From assembly GCF_009914755.1 (NCBI RefSeq), contig NC_060929.1: a stretch of 64,000 nucleotides of DNA; one strand, given 5' to 3'. The notes beneath the pieces are model-generated. The model was not told the DNA's origin, did not search any database, and was given only the letters and a program-made list of their open reading frames with translations. Below, in pieces: positions 1-13,334 of this stretch. Made by a program: the position numbers and the translations under genes. The DNA is from the human T2T-CHM13v2.0 reference genome, Homo sapiens. Position 1 is the stretch's first letter. Each line of letters begins with the position of its first letter.

Positions 1-399
1 CTCACAAAAGGCACAGCCATTTGCTCTCCCTTAATAGGACATAATGCTACCAATTAGTTAACTTACACATTTAAGCTGTCACACAGGGTGAATTACAGGC
101 TCCCAGGGCTGGCAGACCTTCAGAGGTCATCCAATTTCCCCTCTGCTTTATCAGACCACCCTAGGCACTTGGAAACCACTCTTTTCTTAGGGGAGGGGGT
201 CCCATCACCCACTTACGACACCTTTTTGTTTAACCACCTTTTTGACCAAAAATTCCCCCCGGTAGCAGCCTCAATACTGCCTAGCATGACAACAGATTGT
301 TTGCCTTGCTCTATCTCCAGCAGAGATTGAGGGGAACTCATTCCTGAGGTTGGGTAGCCAAGAGTATGAGGTATAAGACCTGCTCCAAGCCCCACCTAA

Positions 400-520
400 T
401 GACTTGCCAGTCATGAGACTTGGGGCAGTCCCCTGACTTCACTTAAAACAAAAATGGGGGGATTAATAAGACTGTCCCTACTACTTCCTGGGGCTTTTCT
501 GAGGATTAAATGTAGATGAG
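400..520 (+). mobile_element. MIR SINE fragment
   Basis: Degenerate MIR core and 3' part (gacttggggcagtcc...aaaatgggg...ttttctgaggattaaatg); boundaries approximate. Confidence 0.6.
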
Positions 521-639
521 GTCTTCTACCCCCTTGTGTCATGTGCTCCTTGAAGACCAGGCCCCAACCCCTCCTACCTTGCCACTGCACACATCACTGT
601 GCCCTCACTGATGCCAGGCAACAGAGCGCCACAGGAGGT

Positions 640-785
640 ATCTCCTTTCATCCTCAGAATAACACTACAATGTGACTGCTAGCATCTCAACCTTATAGTG
701 AAAAGACTCAGAAAGGTTAAGCCACTTGCCTAAGGTCACACAGCCATTGAGTAGCTGAATGGGAATCTACCTGGATCTGGCAGAG
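640..785 (-). mobile_element. MIR SINE fragment
   Basis: actcagaaaggttaagccacttgcctaaggtcacacagc is the antisense MIR core; boundaries approximate. Confidence 0.75.
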
Positions 786-1899
786 GCAAGCATCCGGTTC
801 TCCACCCCTCTAGCACCTGCCTCCTAATCATCTCTGTACCTACCTGCACGGCATGGCTGGCCAGGAGCACCAGGCACACAGCACATGCAAGCACTTGTTG
901 AGCCAAGTGTAACATGTTTTGTACAGCAAAAAGATGCACATGTAAGATGCTAGTATTAATATTATGTTTTGTAAAATAATGTTTGTAACTCTACCCTCAG
1001 TGGGTTTAGATAAGGGGGTCATGACTGGGGTGGGGGTGGGTAGGTGACAAAGAAGAGATACTTGACTCTCTGAAGCATCAGACACATCACCTGAATTATC
1101 TTATTCCTCAATGGCTCTGAGCTATACATTAGTATCCCATTTCACAGGAGGGAACATGAAATTCAAAGAAATTTCCAGCTTCCTAAACTGAAACCAGTGA
1201 GTTCTAGTCCTCAAAGACCCTGCTACTAAGAGACTCAGGACTGACAATGACCTGTACCAGGGGGTCGTTTGATTCCTTGGGACAGTTCCGTTCACCACCC
1301 CAAGGACATCTCAGCTATGGCCAAGAACCCCCACTGTTTAGTTAAAAGAAAACCAGGTGAGCCAATTCTAGAATATTCAGGTCAGAGCTGTGAGGAGGCC
1401 TCATTTCCCCTCTTCAGTGTTTTCCTTCCCAGTCTCTGACAAACAGTCTCAAAATAGAAGCCCCCAGGGTTTAGGCATTGGGATAGTGGAACAACACAGA
1501 AAGGCCATGAAGGAGCTGTTCATTCACCTGGTCCTCACAATGAAAAAATGAAATGATGGGTGATAAGTGGATGGCTTGGCCAGCTTTGTCTTGGAATCGA
1601 ATCCAATCTTACACACATATCATGAGCTGCCTGTGAGGTTTTGGGCTGGGCACCAGGCAGAAAGATGGGGAATAAAGGTGACACCAAGATCATCAGTTCA
1701 AGGGCCTTCTAGTCTGGAGTTCCAATCTCACAAATGACTCTAACACCGGTCCTAAAACACCAAATGGGAAACAAGGATGCAGACTAACAGAAGTGAAAAC
1801 GCTCGATGGAAGGAATAGTATCAAGTTGGGCACCGAAGAACATACAAGATTTCCAACAGGTAGCAATGAGAAGCAGCAGCATGGGCAAACAGAGGCAGG

Positions 1900-2095
1900 A
1901 GAGGAAGGTGGAGGGGTGGTGTACAAGGGTCTAGTCTGCAGATAGAACATGAAGCACTGGGCTATTAAGTTTGGACTTTATTCCATAATCAGTGAGAGCT
2001 ACTGTTAGTTTCTGAGGCAGGTAGTGACACAAAGGTATCTGCTTTAGGGTCCTTCATTCTATCAGCAATGAGGACTAGGATGGACTAGAAGCACC
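1900..2095 (-). mobile_element. L2 LINE fragment
   Basis: aagtttggactttattcc...agtgagagctactg...tttctgaggcagg resembles antisense L2 3' region. Confidence 0.55.
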
Positions 2096-2949
2096 AATCA
2101 ACAGGGGGCTGTGGTTCTGCTCACAAAATGAGGCTCTCTCAAATTTCTGCCTCAGAAATGAAAACTCTAGGCTGAATTCAGGGAATGGGAGAAACAGTCA
2201 CAGGGCTGGACTTGGAGGGGCCCCACGGCCAGTTTCCCAAACCCAGAAGTCTGCAGCTTGCCATCAGCTCTGCCCCTCTCATTTGCTGTATTTGAATTAA
2301 ACATTAAACAGAGCTGGAAACAGGGTCCCCACGGGCGCTAGAAACTTTGGAGCATTAGCTGACAAACAGGCTTACTGCTGTGTAAACTCCCAGGGCAAAT
2401 GCAAAGTGTAAGCTAATCTTGCCACCATCACCAGTTCTCTGAGCTGAGGATAATGTATGATAATCTAAATCGGGCTGGGCAGATGCCTGCCTGGGAAATC
2501 TGATTAGGATTTGCTTGATGATTCCCTTTCATCCCCCAGGAGACTGCAGGGCATGGTAGACAGGACCTGGCCATGAAGTTGACATGCTCCCAGTGGTCCA
2601 GGCCCCAAGGCACTCCTCTGCTGAACCTCCACTGGTAGCAAAAAGGGACATGAAGACAACAATCTGCAAATAGTTTTGCAGCAGTGGGCCTAAAGGAGCA
2701 GATCCCCAGGTTGATCAATGCACAGCTAAAGAGATCAGGGCCTCTTTCTTATAGAGACTGTGTAAAGTGTGTAGGCTCAATCGTGCCACTTTTTTGCCCT
2801 GCATCCTTCAATGGATACCATCAATTCTGGAATAAAGTTTAAATTGCTCAGTAGGACCCATCTCTCTGGCCTTCATCAGCTGTGATTTTCCTCACCTAAA
2901 ACTTAATGTCCAGATAATAAATGAACTGCCAGTAGCTTCCCTCATCTAC

Positions 2950-3415
2950 CTCACACACCACCGGGTCTTTGCTCCTGCAGTGCCCTCCATCTGAAACGCC
3001 CTTCCCCAGGCTGAATCTTAACTCATTCTTCAAAACAAAACTCAGACATTTCCTTTTCTGGGAAACTTTTCCTAAACAATGTCTCAGCTCTTGGTTATTC
3101 AACAAATATTTGCCAGTGTTTCCTATTGGTATACACCAAGTACCTACTATTATAATCCCTTCTTTACAATGAGGGAGACCAGAGAGCTTAACTGGCTGGA
3201 GTTCACATAGAGACAGCCTGGATTCACCCCACATTCCTGACTGGATTTCGGAGCCCTTGTCTGAGTGACCTCCCTCCTCACACTAAACCTCTGGGTCAGC
3301 AGTTCTGCTTCTGGGTTTGCCTGCCAGACTGTGAACTCCTTGAGGGCAGAGATGGTCTGACCCATCCCTCTGGCCAGCATGGGGTGTTGGCCTGCTGCAG
3401 GTGCTCAGTCAAGAG
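2950..3415. mobile_element. L2 3' fragment (+) interrupted by MIR (-)
   Basis: L2-like ctcattcttcaaaacaaaactcagacatttcc and agactgtgaactccttgagggcagaga; MIR-like tttacaatgagggagaccagagag between them. Confidence 0.55.
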
Positions 3416-4141
3416 TCCCTGAGCTAAAGGTCTTCACTTGCTCAATAGAAGTGGCCACAGTACCATCAGGCTAAGCTCCTAAGCTGAAACTCTCCTCCCC
3501 TCTAGACCCACATGCCCGCAGCTCTGGCCACCTGCCTTTCAGTTCCAGGTCACCAATCTCCATGGAGGCCTGGTAAAGGAGCGTGGATGGGTTAGTGCAG
3601 AGCCACACCCACAATTTGAAAAACAACTCCTAGTGTGTTCATTAGGTACAAGGCACCTGCACTGGTGTTCTCTATCTGAATGGCAATAACTGAAGCATGA
3701 GAACCTCATGTACATCCCCTATAGTCTCTACCGGGAAGGAACAGGTAACTCCACATGCAAACACAGGCCATTTTGTTACATGTAAATATATCCTTCCAAG
3801 CATCCATCAATCTCATTAATCTTTATGGTATACTCACTATGTGGCAGACACTATGAATAAAAAGACTAAAAAGTACTCATCCCCAGTCACATTTGGCAAA
3901 GAAGAATGAGCAGGCACTAAGGTCCGCACATGGTATGAAGCAACATGCATGGGGTCACAGAAAGATGAATGGCTAATTCAACAAAGAAAAAAGTCAGGAA
4001 AAAAGTCTATAAAAGGGGCATGGAAGACATCCTGGCCTGAAAACCATGGTTCCCTGTTTAGAAAGTTATTGGCCTTAAAGAGGATGAAGAGAGATCAGGG
4101 TAGAAAGTTTATTCAAGGAAATAACAGTGTAAGTGTCTGGG

Positions 4142-4310
4142 TCAGTGGTTCTCAAATCCAACTTCACAACAAAATATTGATTCCTATATCTCACCTTCTG
4201 AAATTAGAATCTTGGTGGTTGTGACCAAGATTCTGTACTTTTAAGTTCTCCAGAGGACTTTTGCAGCCTGTTTGGCACTGGTCTAGGGGTGGGACCTGGT
4301 AGCCACTGCT
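4142..4310. mobile_element. MER5-type hAT-Charlie MITE
   Basis: Begins cagtggttctcaaa and ends gccactg, the typical MER5 terminal inverted repeats. Confidence 0.6.
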
Positions 4311-4389
4311 GTGGGTCATCAGCTACCTGGAGAACACTAGAGGCAGCCCAGGGAAGGCTGAGAGAGCCTCAATCTCTCGAAAGGCTAGC

Positions 4390-4680
4390 TGTGAGTCCAG
4401 TTTCCAGCCCTCGCTGGCTGTGTAGACGTTGGCAAGTTGCTTAGCCTCTCAGGAACTCCTCATCAGCAGGCAGGAAGGCACAGAGGTAGAGAATCAGACT
4501 GCCTGGATTAAAATTCCAGCTCCATTCTTTCCCAGGAGGATGACTTGCTTAAAGTCACCCATCACCCTCTATGCTTTAGCTCCCTTTATTTGTAACACAG
4601 AACTGTGACTATTATCTATCGCATAGGAGACAATCCAGCCAACACACTTAGCACAGTGGCTGATGCCCGACATTATTGAC
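4390..4680 (+). mobile_element. MIR SINE fragments (two adjacent)
   Basis: ttggcaagttgcttagcctctc and agaatcagactgcctggattaaaattccagctcc are MIR motifs. Confidence 0.6.
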
Positions 4681-5499
4681 TGCTTCTGTGCTATTATGAT
4701 TGTCAGCAACAATTGCTAAGGTGTGGCCTTAGGATTTAGTCCAGTGACCACAAGCAGGAGGATTCTCCAGGACAAGAACAAATTTTACCAATTTTTAAGT
4801 GTAGTTTTGCTTTCCTCAATGACCATGTAAAGTAGGCTTTTGCAGTGAGCATCTGAGCTTCAGCTTTCTCCCAAGGGCATACGGCTCTGTTTAAGAGGCT
4901 AGCCAAATAAGCACACAGTAGACATGATTCTGATAACCAGAGTCAGAGGAAACCAATGAGGCACAAGCCTGGTTCAGGGGCATCTCAGCTCCTCTCATGG
5001 ACAGATCCTAGCATCCAGCCACAGGAAGCCTTCTCTCCCCTGGGCCCACACATGTTACTCCTGACCCAGATTGTTGGGTCTGTCCTCGCCCCAGAATGTC
5101 CCATCAGCTCCTGGAATCTGCTGCCCAGCACGGGCAAAGCTTTTCCATTTGGGAGAAGGTAAAGACCACCCTCCCTAAGCTGCTGGGCAAGTAGCAGAGG
5201 TTCTGGCCAGAGCTCTGCAGAGTTTCAAGTAAAATAAATACCCATGTCCATGAGTCGATGAAATCACAAGGGGCATCTGGACCTTCACAGCCCAGTGCAG
5301 AGAATATTGGGGCAGCCACATCACAACCCAGCTCAAGGAATGAGGATGGAAGGCACAGAGCACAAGACAACGGACTTCTTCATGAGGATCAGAAACAGGT
5401 GCATGCATCCCAGCCTCTCTCCAACTCCTCCATCACCCCCTCCTGTTCCCCACCCTCAATGCCCCCTCTCCCTCCTGACCCTTGCTCTCAATGCCTCTC

Positions 5500-5755
5500 T
5501 AGGAGGCCCTGGAATTGCAGCTCCCTCTGAGCCCTGCCCCTCAAATGTTCTCAAGCTTGGCTCCTTCTCATCCACATGTCCCCGCCTCAGAGATGCCACT
5601 CCTCACCACACTGTCCCTGTCATTCTCCATCACTGACACCTGCTGATTCCCTGTGCAGAACTTAACTACGCTTGAGACTATCTTGTCTGTCTTGTTGACC
5701 ACTGTATCCAGCACCTAGCACAGCAAATGGGGCAGAGAGAATGAATGAAATGACA
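5500..5755 (+). mobile_element. L2 3' end
   Basis: cactgtatccagcacctagcacag...gaatgaatgaa is the L2 tail. Confidence 0.6.
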
Positions 5756-7529
5756 AACAAAAGGAGGAACAGGGTGAAGTCAGGGCAGAGAGAGGAAAAA
5801 ATGGAAAGGGTCAGTTGGGAGAGGGGGAGGGAAGAAGAGTTGGAGAAGGTGAAACAGAAAAGAAACTGCCTCTTTTATATCCTGGGTGGCCAGAGACTTT
5901 TTTATTTCTTATTCTCTTTCCTTTGGAGGCCTATGAAGGGATTACACAGGTTACACTCCATTCATTTCAAATTTACTTGCTCCAAGACTGAGGCCAGAAG
6001 AACCTGCCACCAGAAGATAGCCACCAGCTGCCCCTCACCACCTGTCACCAGAGCTGAGCTGCAGGTCATGAGCTGAGGCAGGACCCTGGAACTCCTCTCA
6101 CAGATGGCTTGGTTCTAGCACCAAAGGAGTCTCAGCAATTAGTTTAATTTGTTGCATTTCTCTTTTTAATTCAGGAAATAGAAACGGACGAATTAGCTAC
6201 ACTTGTATGACTTTAATACCTGACAGCTTTGTAGCCATCACTTTTCCATCTAGGGCCCTCTGAGGCTCCTAAGTCTTAATAAAATAAAGAAATAAATAAA
6301 ATCTTCAGAAGGAATGCAGAGAACATGGTGGGATGGGCATGAGATTAGGTGATGGACTACCGTGGTGCCAGGGTGCCGAGAGGAGGCTGTCTCACCAAGG
6401 GGCAGAAAACAGATGTGAGCCAGGCTGGCATCTAAGGAGGCCCCTGCAGGACCACAGAGAAATACTGCACAGGGAAGATGCAAGCTGTGTCTCTGCTAGA
6501 TAAGGCCTTTCAAAGTACATCTTGGTAATTGAAAACAAAATGAATGTGGTATTGCTACAAGACAGGCAGTAACAAAATACAGTGCTCCATCCTGATAAGC
6601 CATGAGAAACGAAGTCTTCTAAAGGGGCAGAAGCGGGAAAGGCAGCGTATCGAAACAAATGCCCTTTGAGACCAAATTTATCTGTGCCACAGAATAGAGA
6701 TGGTTATTGGGAATCCAAAAAAATTCCTGTCCTCACAAGCACAAAGCCTTCTGAAAATCCTGATCTGGAGGTGGGACAGCTGAATAGACTTGAGTCACCC
6801 CGTCTTTAACAACTCTCAGTCCCATATCCCCCTTCAGATATTTTCCTCTCTCATTGTCCTTTCACAGCCAACCTTCTTGAAGGAGTTGGTGGAGAAGTAG
6901 TACTGCTGATCATTGAGATAATGTACATGATCAGTACATGATCACAGAGATATGCTAAGTTGAGCAGAACACTTTTATGAGCCACCCTTCCCTTTGCATA
7001 GGCCCGTTTGGGGTATAGGGGGATTGCATCAATGGCTACACAGTGACATAAGGGCTAGGACCGCTCCTGCTCAGCCATCTGTTTTGGATTTCATCCACTG
7101 TCACCAGCATTGTCTTGGAAGGACTCAATTCCACTCAAAGAAAACATCTTCAAAGCCCTGGACCAAACTGGACAAGATAACATCAGTAACTTTCCTCTAG
7201 CTTCACAAGGCAATGGGAAGGGGACAGAAGACATGGGGCTTAGGAGGACATAACAGTTATTGTGTCTTTATGAAATTTCATTTGCTGGGTTGGATTTATA
7301 TAAGGGCTATCTGACCCAAGTGGAGCCAAGACTTCCAGTCTGTGAGCCAGGTGTTCTCTGCACTCCTTTCAATTATCTCAGGATTCCCAAACGTCCAGCC
7401 TGGGAGGCACAAGGCAGTGAGCTAGGTGCTGGTCTCCATCCAGTGTATAGCTACTGTCTTCACTGCGTCGCTTCCTCCCCTTGGCTTCCCTCCCTGTCAC
7501 TCCACTTCACAAAACTGTTCTCACCAGAG

Positions 7530-8270
7530 GACCAATGACCTCCAGGCCATTAACTCCAAAGGCCACATCAACATCTTCATCTGGCCTGGCTCTCAGAGCC
7601 CCTTGGCCCCTGATCATGTCTCCCTCCCTCCTGAATGTGTTACTCCCTGTAGTTTCTGTGATATTGTGACATTGCCCCATCCAGTCCACGTCCCACCTCT
7701 CTGGCAGCTCCTTGGTCTCTTTGTAAACTCTCATCCCTCTTGTTATTCCTTATGCTTTGCTGTTCCTTGGGGTCCTGCCCTAGGTTATCCCTCTGTCCCA
7801 CTCCCTGAAAGGATAATGCAGCATGCCGCCCACTCCATGGCTACAAATACCAGCCTCATGCTGACGACTCCCAGACATTTCTCTAGGCCCGACCTCAACC
7901 CTGAGCTCCAGGCTCATCTGTCAGCAGCCTGCTTCTCCTCCTCCCCAGGGTGATTCACTGGAAACAGAGCAGCAAGCTGGTGCCAGTGTTTACCTCATGC
8001 TTTCTCTTTCTGTGTTCATCTCTTCTTTCTACATTCCTTATCTAGTTAACAAAGCCAGAAACTTAGTCATTTAGAGTGTTGTCCTTTCTCTCCCCACATC
8101 TCAATTCACCCTTCTACCCTCTAGTTACCACTCCAATCAGACCCCTTCTCCAGCAACCTATCATAATTTCTCATCTATAGCAAATACCTCCTTACTGAGG
8201 TGTTCCTGGGTTCAAGCTTAATCTCCCTCCCATTTGCCATTGTTATCTACCCCCAACGCAACTGTAACTC
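7530..8270 (+). mobile_element. L2 LINE (ORF2/3' region)
   Basis: accaatgacctcc...actccaaaggccac...tgatcatgtctccctccctcctgaa and atgctgacgactcccagacatttctctaggcccgacctc are L2 RT-region remnants. Confidence 0.7.
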
Positions 8271-8925
8271 ATACATGTATGGAGTACCCAGAGTGTACCA
8301 GGCACTGTGCTGGGCACTATGGACACAACGGTACGCTCACTCTAGGCATGCTCCTGGTGGCTGTCACTGCTAAACAAGACAGGAACCATTAAAATTCAAT
8401 ATGTTAATAGGAGAAATCTGTGTATAGTTATGTGGGAGCCTAAAAAAGAGAATGATAAAGCTGTTCAGGTCACTTCCCCTCAGCAACTCTCAGTGATTTC
8501 CCTGCAGATGCCCTCAAAAAGCTACCAGTAGTGGTGTTCTGACACATGGAAGGGTTATGATCCATTATGAGATAGCCAAGTAATTAGTTAGCATAAATTA
8601 GTGGAAGTAACAATGGCTCAAGAACGGGAGTTTTTAGAAGGTTATCCTTCCACCCCTTGGAGCAAATATAAGGTTGTCTGATAAGAACACATCTCTTGCT
8701 TAGCAGCAGTGTAGAGAAGAGGAGTTACAATCCTATTAGGTGAGCATCAGCCCAGGCAAGTCCACAGGACATCCTGAGTCAGGTGAATCATGGCAGAAGA
8801 AAGGTTGGGAGCTCTTACTATGCTATCCAAGATCCCACGTATGTGGCCCCATTCTTCCCTATCTTACACCTGCCCCCAACTTGCCGCTTGCTCCAGCCAC
8901 ACGTGGCCACCACTTTCTGCCTATA

Positions 8926-11309
8926 CAGCATATCTTATCTTATGGCGCTTTGCTTATTGAACTTCTCAGATCTTGCATTTTTTACTCATTGAAGGTTTGT
9001 GGCAACCTGAGTTGAGCAAGTCTATTGGCATCATTTTTCAAACAGCATGTGCTCACTTTGTGTCTCTGTGTCACATCTTGGTAATTCTTGAAATATTTTA
9101 AACTTTGTCATTATCATTATATGTATTAGGGTGCTCTGTGATCAGTGATCTTTGATGTTACTATTGTATTTGTCTTGGGGCACTATGAACCACATGTATA
9201 TGAGATGGTGAACTTCATCAACAAATGTTTTATGTGTTCTGACTGGTCCGTTGACTGGCTCCTCCCCCATCTGTTTTCCTCTCCTCAGGCCTCCCTATTC
9301 TCTAAGATAAAACAATATTGAAATTCGGCCAATTAATAACACTACAATGGGCTGTAAGTGTTCAAGTGAAAGGAAAAGTCCAACATCTCTCACTTTAAAT
9401 CAAAAGCTATAAATGATTAAACTTGGTGAAGAAAGCATGTTGAAAGCCGAGACAGGCTAAAAGCTAGGCATCTTGTGCCAAACATTTAGCCAAGTTGTGA
9501 ATACAAAGGAAAAATGATTGAAGGAAATTAAAAGTGCTACTCCAGTGAACACACAAATTACAGAAAACCGAAACAGCCTTATTGCTGGTATAGAGAAAGT
9601 TTCAGTGCTCTAGATAGAAAATCAAACCAGTCAAAACCTTCCTTAAGCCAAAACCTAGTCCAGAGCAAGGCCCTAATTCTCTTCAATTCTTTGAAGGCTG
9701 AGAAAGATGAGGACATTTCAAAAGAAAAGTTTGAAGCTAGCAGATATTGGTTCATGAAGTTTAAAGAAAGAAGCCATCTCCATAACACAAAAGTGCAAGG
9801 TGAAGCAACAAGTGGTGATGGAGAAGCTGCAAGTTATCCAGAAGATCTAGCTAAGAGAATTGGTGAAGGTGGCTACACTCAACAGCAGATTTTCAATGCA
9901 GGCAAAACAACTTTCTATTGGAAGAAGAAGCCATGTTGGACTTTCATAGCTAGAAAGGAGAAGTCAATGCCTGGCTTCCAAGCTTCAAAGGACAGGCTGA
10001 CCCTCTCATTAGGAGCCAATGCAGCTGGTAACTTTAAGTTGAAGCCAGTGCTCATTTACCATTCCAGAAATCATAGGGCCTTTAGGAATGACACTAAAGC
10101 TACTCTGCCTGTACTCTAAAAATGGAACAATGAAGCTCAGATGACAGCACATCTGTTTACAGCATGGTTTACTATGTATATTAAACTCACGGTTACGATA
10201 CCTACCACTCAGAAAAAAAGATCCCTTTGAAATAATACTGCTCATTCACAATGCATCTGGTCATTCAAGAGCTCTGATGAAAATATATAGGAGATTAATG
10301 TTGTGTTCAGGTCTGCTAATACAACACCCTTTTTGTAGGCCACGGATCAAGAGGTAATTTGACTTTCAAGCCTTATTATTTAAGAAATATATTTCATAAG
10401 GCTATAGTTACCATAGATATTGATTCTCCTGATGGATCTGGGCAAAGTAAATTGAAAACCTTCCGAAAATGATTCATAAGTCTATATGCCATTAAATACA
10501 TTAGTGATTTACGGGAGGAAGTAAAAATACCAACATTAACAGATATTTGGAAGAAGTTGACTCTAATGCTCATGGGCGACTTTGAGGGGTACAAGACTTC
10601 ATTATAGGAAGTAACTACAGATGTGGAGGAAATAGCAAGAGAACTAGAAGTGCAGCCTGAAGATGTGGCTGAATTACTATAATTTCTTAATAAAACTTGA
10701 ACAGATGAGGAGTTGCTTCCTATGGATGAGAAAAGAAAGTGGTTTATTGAGATGGAATCTACTGCTGGTGAAGAGGCTGTGAGCATTGTTGAAATGATCA
10801 CGAAGAATTTAGAATATTCCATAAACTTAGTTGATTAAACAATAGCAGAGTTTGAGAGGATTGACTAATTTTGAAAGAAGTTCTACTGTGGGTAAAACGC
10901 CATGAAACAGCACAGCATGCTACAGAGAATTCTTTTGTGAAAGAGTCAATCAATGTAGCAAACTTCATTGTTGTATTATTTTTAAAATCTGCCACAGCCA
11001 CCCCAACATTTAGCAACCACCAATCTGATCAGTCAGCAGCCATCAACACTGAAGCAAGACCCTCCACTAGCAAAAAGACAATGACTCTCTGAAGGTTCAG
11101 ATGATGGTTAGCATTTTTTAGCAATAAAATATTTTTAAATTAAGGTATGTACATTGATTTTTAAGATATAATCCTACTGCTTGGAATAGTGTAAATATAA
11201 CTTTTATATGCACTGGGAAGTAAAAAATGTGTGTGACTCACTTTATTGCAATATTCACTTTAGTGGAATGGTTTGGAACCAAACCCACAGTATCTCTAAG
11301 GTATGCCTG
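8926..11309 (+). mobile_element. Full-length Tigger1 (TcMar-Tigger) DNA transposon, 2384 bp
   Basis: TA|cag-catatctt... 5' terminus and ...aaggtatgcctg|TA 3' terminus; TA TSD at 8924-8925 and 11310-11311; body matches Tigger1 (gaaggtttgtggcaac, ctgtgatcagtgatctttgatgttactattgt). Confidence 0.95.
9347..11111 (+). pseudogene. Decayed Tigger1 pogo/CENP-B-like DDE transposase (TIGD1-like)
   Basis: ATG 9347 reads MGCKCSSERKSPTSLTLNQKL then TAA at 9410-9412; ORF remnant 9691-10119 ([15 protein letters not shown]...KASKDRLTL-like...[12 protein letters not shown]) is Tigger transposase; multiple stops and frameshifts. Confidence 0.9.
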
Positions 11310-11819
11310 TACTCTGTGCTCCCTAAACTTTGGAATCTTTGTCATACTGTTCTCCCTCTCCTGAAATCCTTTTCCCACCCTGTCTACCAGCCTTCAGGTC
11401 CTTCAGGTCACATGTCACATTTCAGGAAAGCTTGACAAACCACTTGCCTCCCCAGAGCTCCTTTTCATCTGCAGCCTTCCTTCCCATTCCTCCAAGAGAC
11501 TGAGGTCAAGATGGAGCAGGGCTGCTGTCTAATCCAGACACTGGCAATGAATACAGGTCTATGTATATTTTCTGAGCAAACCAAGGAGAACTCATTTTGA
11601 GGTCCACCTGTTTCAGAGCCTTAGGAAATAAGCCTGTCCCAGACAAGGAGAAGCAAGCCTTGAAAGACCTTCCTGTCAGTGTCTACCCTTTGTATCTGGG
11701 GATACAGAATGTTCCTGGCTGTCTTCTGTTCTCTTCTCCATTAATTCTTCTGTCTTATTTTCCCAGCTAGAAGCTACAGAGGGCCAGAAACAACAGGATA
11801 TGGGAGAAAGAAGATTCTA

Positions 11820-11985
11820 ACTCTTCTTGGCTGGGATCTTGAGCAAGTTACTTAACCTCTCTGAGTGTTTCCTCTTCTGAAAAATGAGAAACATAAAACA
11901 TCCCCTCACATGGGTTTTATGAAGAATAAATAAGTTAACACACAGCTTTCAAAGCCCAGAGTAAGTCCTTAGTTAATATGTATCT
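11820..11985 (+). mobile_element. MIR SINE
   Basis: atcttgagcaagttacttaacctctctgag...ctgaaaaatgagaa is the MIR core. Confidence 0.8.
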
Positions 11986-12605
11986 AACTAATCTTCTCCA
12001 TTCTCTTTTTTCATAATCTTTGCTAAGCAAACCACAGGATCTCATACCACTGGTTTCCAGAGAAGGCCTGCTGTATGATGGAAATTCTGTATCAGTAGAC
12101 TCTAAGACACAAACCATACTCTAGGGCTTAGCTAAGAAGTCTAATGTACTTGGACTTTGAACATAAAAACTTTTGTTTGAAATAAAGTAGATTTCATCCA
12201 GTACCTCAAAACCTTCGCATGAATCATAAATTTCTTTTTCAAAACTGCAGTATGTGACCTGTAGTATCAATAGATCAATCATACTTTCCAAATTACAGAC
12301 AATATCAGTGGCCCATCAGGTAAAACAGGCTTGGAGCTATTTTTTCATAATAGAAAATGGCACATTCTATGTGCCATGTACACCACTGATGACCTTCACT
12401 GCCTTTGGCCAAGGTCACTGGAGACGTTAATGTGTGGGGAATAATTTGAAACAATACCTAAAGTCAACTAGTCTTAAAACTAAGGTGCTCAGCTCCAGAA
12501 AATTCCCAATGTCTGCATTCTACTTTCCAACAAACTCACCATCTGTCCTTGCGGAAAAGATACAGGAAACAAATAATGAAAAAGTAAGCAGTATGAAAAA
12601 CAAGC

Positions 12606-12929
12606 GGCCAGGCGCAGTGGCCGGGTGCAGTGGCTCACACCTGTAATCCTAACACTTTGGGAGGCTGAGGTACGTGGATTGCCTAAGCTCAGGAGTTCAA
12701 GACCAGCCTAGTCAACACAGTGAAACCTCGTATCTACTAAAATACAAAAAAAAATTAGCTGGGCGTGGCGGCGTGCACCTGTAGTCCCAGCTACTCGGGA
12801 GGCTGAGGCAGGAGAATTGCTTGAACCCGGGAGGTGGAGGTTGAGCCGAGATCACACCACTGCACTCCAGCCTGGGTGACAGAGCAAGACTCTGTCTCAA
12901 AAAAAAAAAAAAAAAAAAAAAAGAAAAGG
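12606..12929 (+). mobile_element. AluS element with poly(A) tail
   Basis: Both Alu arms, A-rich linker, long poly(A); TSD aaaacaagc at 12597-12605 and 12930-12938. Confidence 0.97.
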
Positions 12930-13334
12930 AAAACAAGCTCAGAGAGTCTCCTTCCCAGGGCTGTGTGCTGCATGGAGAGACGGAGGGAGGAATGAGTTGT
13001 GCAGGAGAGCCTCACACACATGAAAGCCTGGCAAATACCCAGCTCCCAAGACCTGAAGTTCAACACGGCAGAGTCGTGTTATTTGTTAGTCACACACCAA
13101 ATCCCAGCCACTGCTAGGTGGGAATAAGGAAAGGCATGGAGTTAGCTTACATTAGAAGGATTTTTCCCACTCCTGAGACTGCCTCCCTGGCATCTGCCTG
13201 TGTGGGCTGTGCAGTCCCTAGCATGGGCAGGGGCAAACAAGGCCACACTTCCTGCACAGCCTCCTAACCAGGGCACTGAAGGGTTGTAAACAAAGGAGAA
13301 ACATGATGTGATTCATACTTTGCAAAGATGACAC

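Noticed and set aside
7426-7953. 175-aa ORF
   Set aside because: Mostly overlaps a decayed L2 RT region; repeat-derived.
9691-10119. 142-aa ORF as a functional transposase gene
   Set aside because: Fragment of the Tigger1 fossil with upstream and downstream stops and frameshifts, and a non-ATG start.
12712-13066. Minus-strand ORFs with [19 protein letters not shown]
   Set aside because: Standard antisense Alu translations.
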